Assembly (NCBI GenBank): GCA_965644295.1
Contig: CBFFRP010000433.1
Location: forward strand, 1-64,000
Direction: 5' to 3'
DNA: 64,000 bases
Origin: Paraphysomonas bandaiensis
Lineage: Eukaryota > Protista > Chrysophyceae
Position 1 is the first letter of the stretch; each line of letters begins with the position of its first letter. Positions 1 to 13,268 of the stretch are shown in pieces. Made by a program: the position numbers and the translations under genes. A model generated the notes under the pieces. That model searched no databases. It had not been told where the DNA came from and saw only the letters and a program-made list of their open reading frames with translations.

Positions 1-714
1 TCTACCCATTCTATAGTAGGTTCCTCAACTCCCTCGCTCTGAAGCACTCCATCTTCGACTCGAGGGGGGTATGGATCCTTGTGGAGCTAACAATAACATA
101 CACATAACAGACGCACGACTAAGGTGCTCTGGGTGTATGGAGGTATCCTCCCTAGTAACTTTAGACCTCCTAGAGCACTTGTAAACAAGGCGGTAAAAGC
201 TAATACTGTTCACAGCACACACCACTTCGACGTACTGGCATCTCAATCCTCACTGACAGTGAGATGCATGCAATTCGATGGCATATCAACCGACTTTTTA
301 TAGTATGAGGGTTCAGTAAAGTATGTAATCGATCCGTTGATTGGCTAATTCTATGAAAATATCATTCTCAGGTCATTTTTTAGCGTTTTTTGCGACACGA
401 ATAAAAAAGTGGCATTTTTCCACTATTGCCGTTTGTGTAGCTACATGTACATGTACGTGTCCCTTTGGCTTCACACAACACTTTCACAGTTAATTTCACT
501 GACATCTTCCAACGAGAGAAATGAGGAACAGACTTCTCACTGTCATTGATTTGACAGCAGATACAGACACTCACACTAACACGAGTGTGAAACACCATCT
601 CAGTGAAGTGAAGTAAGTGAATAGAAGTGAAGTAAGTGAAGTAAGTGAAATAAGTGAATTTCATCCCACTCTCTTCACACAGCTGCTCAAGGCATACAAG
701 ACATACACACACTC

Positions 715-1084
715 AACTCTATCAAAACGATTACGTGAGCCACGTTGTAACAGCCCAGATAGAGAGACGAGCAAAATGCCGAGAAGAAATGAGCGAGCAC
801 AAGCCAATGAAGCTGCTGTTGCAGAAGCTTTTGCAAGGCGCTTTTTTGAGGACGGAGCAGCTCGTGAAATTGCCGAGTTATGATTCATGTGAGTACGGTC
901 GGTATCTATCTTACGGTGCAGCTCCTCAATTTCACGAGCTGCTCCGTCCTCAAATAAGCGCCTTGCAAAAGCTTCTGCAACAGCAGCTTCATTGGCTTGT
1001 GCTTGCTCATTTCTTCTCCGCATTTTGCTCGTCTCTCTATCTGGGCTGTTACAACGTGGCTCAAGTAATCGTTTTGATAGAGTT
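715..1084. repeat. Long hairpin / inverted duplication (about 158-bp arms 715-872 and 927-1084, 54-nt loop)
   Basis: The arms are near-perfect reverse complements (AACTCTATCAAAACG...CGTGAAATTG versus CAATTTCACG...GTTTTGATAGAGTT) with a handful of mismatches. The ORF track gives near-identical peptides on both strands. Confidence 0.95.
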
Positions 1085-1106
1085 CTTCCACGAGTACTAA
1101 CCTTCT

Positions 1107-1213
1107 GTCGTATTTCCTCACGTAAACCTCCAACCTCTTGTTGTATTTCCTCACGTACTTCTGCAACCTCCTGTCGTAGTATGAGGTTGGAGCTTTACGT
1201 GAGGAAATGCGAC
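1107..1213. repeat. Second short hairpin (31-bp arms 1107-1137 / 1183-1213)
   Basis: GTCGTATTTCCTCACGTAAACCTCCAACCTC pairs with GAGGTTGGAGCTTTACGTGAGGAAATGCGAC. Confidence 0.85.
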
Positions 1214-1677
1214 GTAGTATGGAAGCAAAATTGGTCAGACGACCCCACTCATGAATCAGTTTGGGAATTAGTCAGCAGCAGTATATTGCATTATTTTGTT
1301 CAAATTTGGTGTCGTCAAACGATAAAGTGCGTACTTCGTATCGTTATTTTGAGTTTTAAGACTCTTTTCGACCGATATCTCTGTATGTTGTCATCGTAAT
1401 GAAGATACTTATCATTTACACCATCAGAGAATTAGAGATGTAATAAGTATTAGTAGAGACAATGCAGGGCCTGGTAACCATTAATGACCCATAAATGGTA
1501 GTCCAGTTCCCAGCAATCATAATGGCCATTAATACCTAAGTAGATAATACCGCTCATAATAGATAGTGTGGTACTCCCTTATTATTAATTTAGTGTAATA
1601 ACAGACTACGAATCGTAACTGCTTTTCGCTCTCCACTGGCACATCAGGGCATAAGCATCCTAGAATTCCGTAACATT

Positions 1678-2453
1678 CAGGGCTAGGAAACAATATATTG
1701 CAATACTATTGTTAGAGAGCGTTCCATCAATACTATTGATGGAGATTTTAAACAGGCCCAACAATACAATTACAATATATTGCAATATATTGTCAATGTA
1801 TTGCAATATATTGTCAATGTATTGCAATATATTAGTATGACTAATCAGTAAGTAAACACATCCGTAGATTCCATTTTTAGTATTAGTCATTAAGATCACA
1901 TGACAACCAAACCAACACTGCTTATAGCTAATAAATATCCACCTCGTCCTCATCCTCTGATCCATCATCGGTGACGTCAACATCACCATATTCATCCAAG
2001 TATGCTAGTATCCGGCCACAACTGTCGAATAGCTTTCAGAAACAACAGCATATTAAGTAGGATGGATACTTTTGCGCAACACTGATATAATAATATGTTT
2101 AGCTGCGCTGAACAGAAGTTCCCATGTATTGGGAGTACATACCAGGGCCTGGTAACCGTTAATGACTCGTGGATCTCTACGTTTCTTAATTTTTTGAGCT
2201 GACTGAAGATTTTTATTTGCACAGTCAACATCAGCTTCATCATCCTCTGTAATGTTGTAACCAATTTCTCGGTTATTTATATCCATTTCGCAACCTACAG
2301 TTGAGTATCTTCTCTTATATGACTATCATAATATTGATTGCAATATATTGTGAGCTACCTTAACTGAAACAATAATGATGGGATTTTTGGCCGGTCGACC
2401 AATCAATACATTTTACAATGTATTGCAATCCAATATATTGTTTCCTTGCCCTG
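1678..2453. mobile_element. Non-autonomous TIR DNA transposon, hAT-like
   Basis: 23-bp TIRs CAGGGCTAGGAAACAATATATTG / CAATATATTGTTTCCTTGCCCTG (1 mismatch). Repeated subterminal palindrome CAATATATTG. Degenerate flanks CGTAACATT / CATAACATG. CAGGG termini are typical of hAT. Confidence 0.7.
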
Positions 2454-3195
2454 CATAACATGTAATGTTCGTAGGAATAGTAACGATTCTAGACTATATG
2501 AATTCATGTTTCTACACTTAGGTTTCACAATCAACATTATACGTTAATTAAGACACTAAGTAATAATAGTATAATAGTTCTACTTTCCAATCTTTGGTGT
2601 CGTACTTGGAGCTGATATATGTGATTACAAGAATCCCGCGAAGGTTGGGGCGGCAACAGAATCTGTACTCTGCACGTTGGTACACGGGTACGCAAGTGGT
2701 AGAACCAGGGCAAAATCTCGGTATTATGTGGTTTGCCAGCAAGCCTACACTATGGCCACACTCTCAGAATGGGGTAATCATAGTAGTGAAATGTATTGAC
2801 CGTATATATATATCTAAGATCTTAGATCGCATGGAATATATTGGTTGTTGTGTAGTTGCGATAACATGAAGTTGGCGATTGACAATGAACGATAAGTGAT
2901 ATTAATCTTAATGTTACTACTTTATAGTTATATCATTGAGTGTGTATTACGTTCAGTTAATTAAGCCTGAACCATCCAAACATGTCAATTCCGTATAGAG
3001 AGAAGGTTTGAATTTTGAATAAACCAATAAAACACAATTATTAAGAAACAACATATCCTGCTCCTAATATTAAATGTAAAGGTTGTTAAGCTATTCTCTA
3101 GTAATTCTCAGTACCATGATACTGATAATATATAGTTCATATACTTCGAAGTACACAAAACATGTTCAACTAGGAATGCGATAGTATGGCCTCTA

Positions 3196-3972
3196 TTAGG
3201 CTTTTACTTCAAGTAGCTCAACGTCGAACACAAGAGTAGACGCCGGGGGAATAACTGGAGGAGAACCATTGTCCCCATAAGCAAGATCAGAGGGAATTAC
3301 AAGGGTGGCTTTGCCACCCTCCTTCATCATTTTGATTCCCTCAGCCCAACCGGCAATGACCTTATCGCACTGAAACTCAAGAGGACTACCGCGCTCTACA
3401 CTTGAGTCAAATACCTTACCATCTACGAAGGTGCCATGGTAATGCACAACAACAGATGCACCATCTTCTACGCCTTTACCGGTACCAGCAACAGTTTCGT
3501 GGAAGATTAGCCCGCTTGACGTACGCTGAGCATTGGGGTTTTTCACGAGAAAATCAGCCATGAAGTTGACTCCCTCCTTCTTTTTCTCATTCATATTAGC
3601 ATCCGCACGTGCAGTGAGAACAGCATTGCAGGCCGGACCATATTCAGATAGCAATCCTTGAGAATTCTTCACTTTATCAGAGAGCATATCATTGTGGCCA
3701 TCCAGCATTGCCTGAAGCTCTTCGCTATTAAGCAGACTTTTTAGCTGGCTTCCCGTCTTAATATCAATAAGAGATAAGATACAAATGCTTATAAGTCAAT
3801 AGCACACCTGCATTGCTAAGTTAACACCGAGTGCATAAAACTTTTTCATTTCTTCATCTTTTGGCATATTTTCTCCATCATAAGTGGAGAATGCTCTTAT
3901 AACAGGCTGTCCTGTAGACATACCCATCCTTTTGGTTGCATTAATTGCGGATCTACGGAATAACATTGACAT
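3196..3972 (-). CDS. FKBP-type peptidyl-prolyl isomerase (FkpA/Mip-like), probable mitochondrial presequence; 1 intron (about 3758-3808)
   Basis: Motifs VHYHGTFVDGKVFDSS, VIAGWAEG, IPSDLAYG, IPPASTLVFDVELL. The upstream exon reads MSMLFRRSAINATKR...KKFYALGVNLA. Confidence 0.93.
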
Positions 3973-4253
3973 AGTAGTGTATTATTGAGAGGTAATTATA
4001 TATCAAACTTCATCCAATGTCCACCTCAGATTATCTGCACAGTTCCCAATTGAACATGCATATACAGCAGTGTATACTATTCCTATCACAATACTGTACA
4101 AGCAAGAATTCTTTATAGATGTTGTACGTACAAGATATAAATCCCTAATTTTTACAGAAAGATTTGGAGAATATTGAGATTTTTATATCCCAGTTGTACA
4201 GTATATTACTATAGTATATACAGCAGTATGTATGTGTACTCTGTATATATACA

Positions 4254-4425
4254 GGGGGTGGTTGTGCATATCGATTTCATCAATTTGTTCATCGTTTATT
4301 TCATCGAAAAATCATCGTTTTTTCATTAAAAAGTGAAAAAAGATGACTTTTTAATGAAAAAACGATGATTTTTCGATGAAATAAACGATGAACAAACGAT
4401 AAAATCGATATGCATAACCACCCCC
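4254..4425. mobile_element. Palindromic MITE-like element
   Basis: About 80-bp imperfect inverted arms GGGGGTGGTTGTGCATATCGATTT... / ...AAATCGATATGCATAACCACCCCC in TA-rich flanks, lying between divergent genes. Confidence 0.75.
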
Positions 4426-4791
4426 ACTATATCTCTATCATAGATTTTTGTGAACAAACCCCAATTTTTAACAAAATGACGAGACGAAAAAATATTGATA
4501 TTTTATAACCCATAGTGCTGTGTACGTGCAGATGTATGCACTGTTGTTGTGTTGTGTTCTATATATCCGTTGCCTTCCCCACCAAAGAATTAAACGGGCT
4601 ACATATACACTCTATACAGTAATTCGTACATAACAACTACGCAGGTATTTCATCCGTATATGTAGCCGGAAAGTACAACTGCTATTTGGCAGGTACAAGA
4701 GAGGACGATAGTTCACACACAGCCATCATCTAATAGCCATTACATCATAATTTATCTATCCTGTTATTATAGTTACACTCCCTGATATGAG

Positions 4792-5624
4792 ATGTATAAA
4801 TCAAACTATAGTTCCTTCAGTTGTTTTACTTGGGGAGGTTCCACTCCAGCTGCAGTGTCTCCATATAAAACGAAATCTAGAAAAGTTTCGAAATCTCTAG
4901 AATATACGAATGAAACTGTCCCAACATCATCATTGAAGTTATCAAAGAATGCAGCAGTACATCCAACTGATCAACTATCTCCTAGACAAGAAATAGGACA
5001 TACTGCTAACTGTAAAGTGGTGTGTGATAAGTGTGACGGAGGACATGACACTTCCAGTTGTCCATATTATAAGAAAGATAGAGAAAAGCATCCTGATGCA
5101 CAAAAAAATTTCTACAAGAAATTGGGTGGAAAATCAAAACTACCTGGCGCAGTTATTCGAAATGGTCGAGTAATCCGGCAGCCAGGTGATGGGAGTTGTT
5201 TGTTTCACAGTATGAGTTACGGGTTGCGTGATGGCTCCAGTGCGTCAAGCCTCCGCCGCGAGGTCTGCACATTTATTAAGCGCAATCCGAACATGGAGAT
5301 TGCTGATACTCCTTTGTCCGACTGGATCCATTGGGACTCTGGTGAATCAGTGGGGAGCTACACAAGAAGGATGTCGATGGGTGCGTGGGGAGGTGGAATT
5401 GAGATGGCTGCAGTGTCATTGATGCGCGGTGTGAACATACATGTATATGAGCGCTCGGGTTTGGGGTTTACCCGTATATCTGCTTTCGATCATCCAAATT
5501 CTCCCGAGACAAGGCAAACTATTCGGGTACTATACTGTGGGGGAGTTCACTATGGTACACAATGGATTTATTCCAACCTCGTAATATCTAACTTCTATAT
5601 GCAGATGCCTTATCTACAAGTTGA
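4792..5624 (+). CDS. OTU-family deubiquitinase with N-terminal CCHC knuckle; short 3' intron
   Basis: QPGDGSCLFHS (Cys box), WGGGIE and HY motifs. Splicing 5555-5604 completes HYDALSTS*. Knuckle is CDKCDGGHDTSSC. Confidence 0.88.
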
Positions 5625-6682
5625 TCTCAGCCTGGCAACTTCAAGTTTTTATAGAGTGGTTTATATTTTCGCTTTTGGAAGCAGCTATTATATCTCATTA
5701 GTCGCGTCCACACATGAGTAGTACGCAACAGAAACACCCAGAGATTAATGCATAGGATGATAGTAGTTATTTTAGTGGTCACTTTGTCATCACGATACTG
5801 CATGCGACGGGAGATGTCACCATCAAGTATACTTTGCTTGTAGGTATGGTATGAATTGTACGAGAAGGAAACCTCGATCTAGGATATGTTGCTGTACGAA
5901 AGGCACAGCCTCAATTGAAGAATAAGTTAATATTCCATTATTTGTCAGATTAGTCATTTCTCTGTATTCGCGTTATTTATGATAGTGCATAAGTACCTTC
6001 TAAGGAATCGATCACTGTGATGTTAATATTGTGTGTATGGGTTAGAGAGATGTAAGGAAATTCTAGACGAAATTGACACATATACTGTTGATTAAAAAAT
6101 GCTACTGTATTATATTAAATTCCAAAGCAGGGTATGGTTATGGATTAGTTGAAGTTCAGACATAAACAGCGCTCTGCGTACTTAGTATCAACATTCTCGC
6201 ATTCATCGGAACATGTATTGTTGTCAATAGTCAATACTATGGACAATACATACAACAATAACGAATAATAGGAAGCTCTCTACATACTACATACTGTTTA
6301 ATACAAAAAGTCACTTCTAAAATATGAATACGCATGACATTCCAAACATGGTGTGTGTATATATATATCGTATTTCAGCGTCAGTGTGACATGATGATAC
6401 TTCAGCATTGTAATCTAATCATATGCTGCAGAAAGGTAAGAACTAAGGCATTGTGTGTGTGATATGCTACTCTTAGTAATACCAACGACTTATCGTTATG
6501 ATTTTTACACTCTGTTTAGATATAAAGAACATATAGCTATATATATATAGTGTACCCAACACAGAAAGGGACAGTACATGTATCCTGCATAGACACAAAG
6601 TACATACATACATACATACCTCGTACCTCTGCTGTATATATACTCCTGTACCTCCTACTCATACTATTAATGTATAGTAATC

Positions 6683-7417
6683 ATGTCCGAAGAATACGAT
6701 ACTATATACTCCAATCTTAAAGGGTTAGAATAGAAGGAGTGTTTCTCAGATCCCTGTAGTGGAGACTGGAGTGATAACTGGTTTCTAGATGGTACACGTG
6801 CTCGTGTATATAATGATGAGCATACAATGACTATAGATGCCAGTAATGGATTTGCTGTCCTTTGGACAAAACAAATATTTATAGGAGACTGTAAAATAGA
6901 ATATGATTTTATGAGAGGTGATTGTAATAATACAGGTGTTAATATCCTGTATATTCATGCTACAGGACAGAACAAGAGAGGATATGATAAAGATATAACG
7001 AAATGGTCTGATAAGCGTTCTGATGCAGCAATGAGTGATTATTATGCTCATATGCACACATGTAATATTAGTTATGCTACTGATGGAGATGACTATATAC
7101 GCGGGCGGCGATACACACCGAACAAATGGGCACCGTTAGATGTGTTGAAGCTTTTTGGAACTGCGTTGGAAGGCGAGCTCCATAATGTTGGTATATTCAA
7201 TGATCCAAATACGTGGATTCATGTTACAGTCATTAAGCGAGAGAGAGAGTTATATGTTGAATTCCAGCATCCAGTAAAGAGGGTGTTGTGTCATATGCGA
7301 AACACTGACAAACGTTCAATAAAAGAGGGTAGAATTGGCTTACGTTTAATGCAACACCGAGTGTCGCATATAAAAAATTTTGAAGTGTGTACTCTCTGTA
7401 GCTTGAGAGCAGGTTGA
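6683..7417 (+). pseudogene. DUF1961/YesU-like (bacterial-type) protein, intronless, with in-frame TAG at 6731-6733
   Basis: FSDPCSGDWSDNWFLDG, VLWTKQIFIGDCKIEYDF, VNILYIHATG, ISYA and DYIRGRRY resemble the DUF1961 pattern from recall. ATG 6683 is in frame with ORF 6827 but is interrupted by one TAG. Confidence 0.65.
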
Positions 7418-9098
7418 TTCGCTATGTGCTTTTGTTGACTATATTTTCGACAGAGTTTGAGTTGAATGTATTAACATGTATAGATAATATATGTACGAAT
7501 CGTGGATAACTGTGGGTCAATCTATTGAATAACTTCTTTCATGGAGTTTGAATAGTTGTGGTATGATGCAAGAATACTACACCTGCTGAGTTTGAGAACA
7601 GTTCGCTTAGAGTCGGACTGCTAGGACAATCGATTGTTTAATTGTAATTAATTGTATATGGTATATATATACGTTTACTATTCATAAGGTGAAACTTTGT
7701 TGATAATATTGATCAAAATTCTTTATGCTTAGTTGTGTGACTGTCAAGTATATAACACGACTATTGTAGTGGTAGCGCTACCGGAGTGTAGCCTCACAGT
7801 TACAAGTTTATGAGTATGAAGTAACCCACTGCTCATAAATATCGAATGTACATTCGGAATTCTGAAATATAGATTCCTAATATTTGGGGTCTATATCTCA
7901 TATGCTGATCGCAATTTGTTGAAACTAGTGTAAAAATACTTCTGTAAAAATTTACTATATACTATTCCCTATCCCTGTTTTACTTAATTGCATGCGCTTC
8001 GGTATACAGTAATAACGCTCAACTACAGTCTACAATATATGCTAACAATAAAAATATAGTCTTTACTATAGTATTCAATGCTACTATGTGATGCAGCAGG
8101 TATGCAAGCAACAATTGAATCTAGTGGGTGTAGTAAGGGATCTTCATTCCTGATCCCTACCACCTTTTTCTGCAATAATTTAGAAGACTCGCATACATAC
8201 CATTAAGACGACTTTGGTATCGTGTTATGTCACCTCTTCAGCAGCAACAATTTCCTTAAATGCCTCAATCTCCTCTGTGTTCTGATACGTCTAATCAAGA
8301 ATCTAAAATTAGTCATTATCGTTTGCATTCATAGTCTCTTGATGCTACTTCTAACAACACATACTGTTTTCTTTCGTCTGCGTACTGGATCACTGCACGT
8401 CTCTCTCTAGTCCTTGAATGGTACCTGTTCAGTTATCCTCTCCTGTATCTCCATTCCCTAACCCACTACTATATATTGCAAGCGCTAGTTCATCAACTAA
8501 TATTACCCAGTTCTGAATTCGTTTTTGCGTCTCTCTCTATGATAGTATGTAATATTAAACGGGTTGTACAGAACTTGTCCAGCGATGCATCTGACAGAGT
8601 ATGAAGAAGTAACAGACTTGCTGATCAATATACTCCAAATATACCAGGTTTTAGGAATATAAAATAAGGATTTATAATTATACATTGTACAAAAAAACGG
8701 AAGTTGCACTTTTTGTGTCCGAAACAGGACACAATACATCGAAATCTACGAGAAATGTCGGGTATGTTAAACACATACAAAGTACTGTATCTATTAGTGG
8801 AAATCTCGATCAGTCTAAAAACCCAAGAAAAATATCTCGATCAGTCTAAAAACCCCAGGTTTTCGCTGTATAGAGAGTGTTATGTAGGGGAGTCACAAAC
8901 GGTCCCCTTCCTTCAACAACGGAACAATCTCTACGTATTTTTATATATAAAAAATCCAAACATTACAAACATATACATAGTCTCATCGTACAGACAAGTC
9001 CACCCAGGCATCATATATATATATATATAGATCTTAAGGTCTTAAGAGCAAGTGATATCAAAATGATTATGCTTATTGTATAATATCAGTAGACTAGA

Positions 9099-11013
9099 AT
9101 GAAATGTCATTATGAGGTATTAGATCTATCAATATATGCCCCTATAAATGAGGTATTACACTGTATATCATCATAACTATCTCATTACTTCATTGTTATT
9201 AACAGATACATACAAAATACCGCTATTTCTATCAAATTTATCATTCAGGTACATAAAAAACATATTTTTATATATGATTTGTATGTATTTATAGTTATAC
9301 TATCAGATAAGAGAAAAAAATCAATAGATATGAATGAAATAGCGGCAGCGTATACGATATTAAGTGATCCATTTGAAAAAAAATGGTATGATGATCATCG
9401 TGAAATGATATTACGGTGAGAGGGTTAATAATGATAGTGTTTAACTGTGGTTTACTTGAATAAACAGGGCAGGTGATGCATCTTCCGATGATGACAGCCC
9501 AGTCTTGAATCTCTGGAAGTACTTCAACACTAGCTGCTACAATGAGCTTATAAAGGGTGATTCTCCGCCCTGCTGCTACTAGACTTATACCTTAATGTTG
9601 TTCTTGATAGAGGAAGGAGACTTCTATATAGTTTTTAATGGAGTTTTTGAAGAAATTTATTCTATGGAGTGTCAATATAGAGATGACATGGATCCGTTCG
9701 TGGCTTTTGGTGATCTATCCAGCTCTACTGAAGAGGTGCTTAACATGTGCTCTACAGTGGTGTCTGCTTATTCTATATTTCCTTTAACTATTCAATTGTT
9801 TACTTGGCCATTATAGGTCTTAAAGTTTTATGTCTACTGGTCCAACTTCGAGACTGTTCTACCTTTCACATCGGTAGGCATGTACGAAAATTCAAACACA
9901 CAAAATGTTTTGCACGAAGAGTAAGTGTTTAGCTGGGTGCACATAGTATATGTGTGATTGTGTATACTTACCACAATGGGTAATTAGCGTTTGTTGTAAT
10001 CTGTATTCAGTGCAATTCAGAAGAACAGCGGGGGAAAGCAGGGTACCTCGAGGATGGAATATAGCAAGACAGTCCGGTCTCTAGCAGCATTTTTAAAGCG
10101 GAGAGATGTTAGAATAAACCAAATTGGAGGGGAACAATGGCGAGAATTGTTAGCTCAAAACTGTGTGAGTGATATTGGTGACATACACAACGATGAAGTG
10201 GATGACATAGACAGCGACGACATAGTTGATGACGTGGTTATATGGTGCAACCTATGCCGGTAACGTAGTTGCTTCCGCACATGTTGTCTTGACTATATTA
10301 TCAGGAGTGATTTTGAATCCATTGAACAATTAAAAGAGCATCTCAACTCGAATACTCATCGAAATAGGACAGCAGAATCCGCCAAGAAACGGACATGTGC
10401 AATGGAAAGTGTAAGACCCGTTAATGTCCCTCTACTTTCTATCCCCGCAGCGAACAAAGGGAAAGGCTATAGTAGGGGCACGGACAATCGTCCTGACTCT
10501 GATGACGAAGTGGTTTCTCCTTCTCCACGCCAACGAGGTATAAAGCGATCACCGTGTACGAGAGTTGACAAAAATGCTCAGGAGTTAGAAGAAAAAATAT
10601 ATAACATGACCCCTAGAAGTGATAGTGATGACAGTGAGAGTGAAACTGCAATGGAACTTCTCATGTCTTATAGGGGATGCCCTATAGATAATAGTAGCAC
10701 ACTTGAGAGAAGTGGACGTGTTGATGACATAACGACATCAATGAAGCAGACTAACCTAGCTGCTGAGAAAAGTGGTGACGACACGAAAAATACCCGACGA
10801 CGACACAGAAGCGGAAGTGAGTGTAGCACTGGTATTCGTTTACCTCCTGTAGGCCCAAGTGGGCAGGCTATTCATCATAGCGAACGGATGCAAGAAAGTA
10901 TATTTAGGTGTGGTGATGCCAACCCGAGGCAACGCGGTGCAGAGGCTGAATATGCGATGCAGGAAAATTCCATTTCTAAACGAAGGAGTAAGTCGCACAA
11001 AAAAAAGTCATGA
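9099..11013 (+). CDS. DNAJC21/Jjj1-like J-domain protein with C2H2 finger (multi-exon, divergent)
   Basis: Spliced exons give MKCHYEVL, YHSD, AAYTILSDPFEKKWYDDHREMIL, FYVYWSNF, EYSKTVRSLAAFLKRRD and CNLCR..F..IEQLKEHLNSNTH. Confidence 0.8.
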
Positions 11014-12984
11014 ACGTATGCAATTTGTAAATATGTATAGACTCTATACGAAGTAATATCGTAACATAATGCATTCATTTTTTATGACGCAGTATTTTGA
11101 ACTGTATCACAACCTGACGCTTTAGCTCTACTTGTAGCACAATTGGTGGTATACCATGTGTCCCATTCCGAGGGCGTGGTCATAGTGTAGGCTCGCTGGC
11201 ACACCACCTATAACACCGATTCTACCACCTATGACAAAATTTTGCACTGATTCTACCACCCGCCTATCCGTGTACCAACGTAGCTGACCGCATTGATCAC
11301 GCGCAGTTTCTGTTTCCGCCCCACACGTGTTCACCTTCGCTAAACTCAGGCGCAGATTCTAGTAGAACCATGTGTACCTTCCCATTACCTAACAAAGATT
11401 ACCCAGAGCTTCTCGTGACCATGCATGACTCAGTATAGGTCTAGTGTGATTGGCCGTCCCTCCCCTCCTCTAGAATGTGTGGGGTTTCTTGTACTCTCAT
11501 ATAGGCAATGCAAGTATAGTGTAGATTGTAGATCTAGCTAGAGCTTTCTTGGTGCCGACACACAAAGAATATGCTGAGATATTTATTATCAATCACTAGA
11601 GTACTTAGCTTAATCAACACTGCCTAGCACTTTACTGGGGTACGCTCTCGGTATTGGGCACCATGAATACAGTTAAACATATATCGAAAAGGCATTTCGT
11701 TAAGTCTCTTAATGAAGTAACATATCTTTAGTCTATTACTACTTAGTATTATGTTTTGTTAATCAGTAGTAGATATTTATACTATAGAGTTCATGATGGA
11801 TATACAACTACCCTACTCCCTACTTTTACGTAATTAAGGAATATTGATATATGATATCTACTTAGCAATAGTCTTGAGAATATTGATGTACAAATTAAAA
11901 GAAAATATAACCAACAGTAGATTTAAACTGTATCCCATAACTGCAAAAGTAAAACTGAATGCCACATGTACTATTGTGAAAACTAAAGATACTGTTGTTG
12001 AAATTAAAACAAACAATCCAATATACACGAATTTGTTTCGCTAACTATGTTTTAGTGTATCTATTCTCTAGAGGCGATAACAAATTTCAGTTCCGTATTT
12101 CACGCTTTATTAATTTTAGGCTATTTCCTTTGTGCAACCAAGAAAGTTTCCATTATATTACATATGCAGTTCTTTTTTCCAAGCAATGTACTTGTAGCTA
12201 TGTACTTTTTCTCTTACTTTACAATTCTTACTTGCTTAAACTACTTATTATTTCTACTACTGCATACATTAATGATAAATTCATAAACATTCAATGACAA
12301 CATATGTAGAGAACTTACTCCCCCATTTTTACAGCTTTTACAAATTTCTTAAATGACGGTAACGGTTTCGGGTTTGCATAGTAAAATTTCTTCCACACGC
12401 GAGATGATGCCTGTGTGGTCATTGGAAGCTGAAAAGACCGAAGACCAATCTTAGGAAAATTATATATTGTAATAATACTGTACCTGCTCATAAGGCCCTG
12501 CAGGAAGACATCCCCCGTAGTAGTAGCAACCATACGGATTATATGTATCCATATTGCTAATGATTTCTTCAACAGTGACAGGCTCGGCATCGTACTCTGC
12601 TTTAGAATGACAGGATATATCTTCATTCAACTCCGTATATAGCTTCCAAAACTGTGACTGTATTTTATTCAATTCACGTGGCATTATCACATTCACAGTA
12701 AACTATAGAAACTAGTTGCAACAAACTGACTTATTGATGCATCATTGAGCTTGATATCAACTCAATGAATCCGTTCTGTTATTGCTGTCTATGAAATGGA
12801 TGTTAATTAATTGTAGGAACTTGAATCATATTAGCATATGTTGCAAGGTCAGATTGATGATTGGTATGCTGTGTGTGTGCTCTGTAGTTAACTGAACTGG
12901 CGATACATAAATAGGATTCCTAGTCTGGTTTTGATTCATATTTTATTATATTTCCCTAAAATCAGACTTTCCAGGTTTTGATAT

Positions 12985-13140
12985 CCATATTTTGTATATA
13001 AACCCCATATATTGTATACAAATCCTATATATTGCTGTATACAAACCCTATATATTGTATATAAACCCTATATATTGTATATAAACCCTATATATTGTAT
13101 ATAAATCCCATATATTGCTGTATACAAACCCCATATATAT
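12985..13140. repeat. About 21-bp AT-rich minisatellite upstream of PRMT5
   Basis: About 7 imperfect copies of TATAAACCC(C/T)ATATATTG(CTG)TA. Confidence 0.75.
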
Positions 13141-13268
13141 AGAATCATATATATGGTTATGTCTATATGAAATGTGAGGCCATTAAAGTGAATTGATTCA
13201 TTCCATATCACTCACTTATCTATTAATATCTATACAATTTGATTATCTATTACAAATATCTTCTTCAA

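Noticed and set aside
8074-8460. Exon-like minus-strand fragments upstream of the DnaJ gene
   Set aside because: Splice-like sites are present but there is no coherent ORF or homology.
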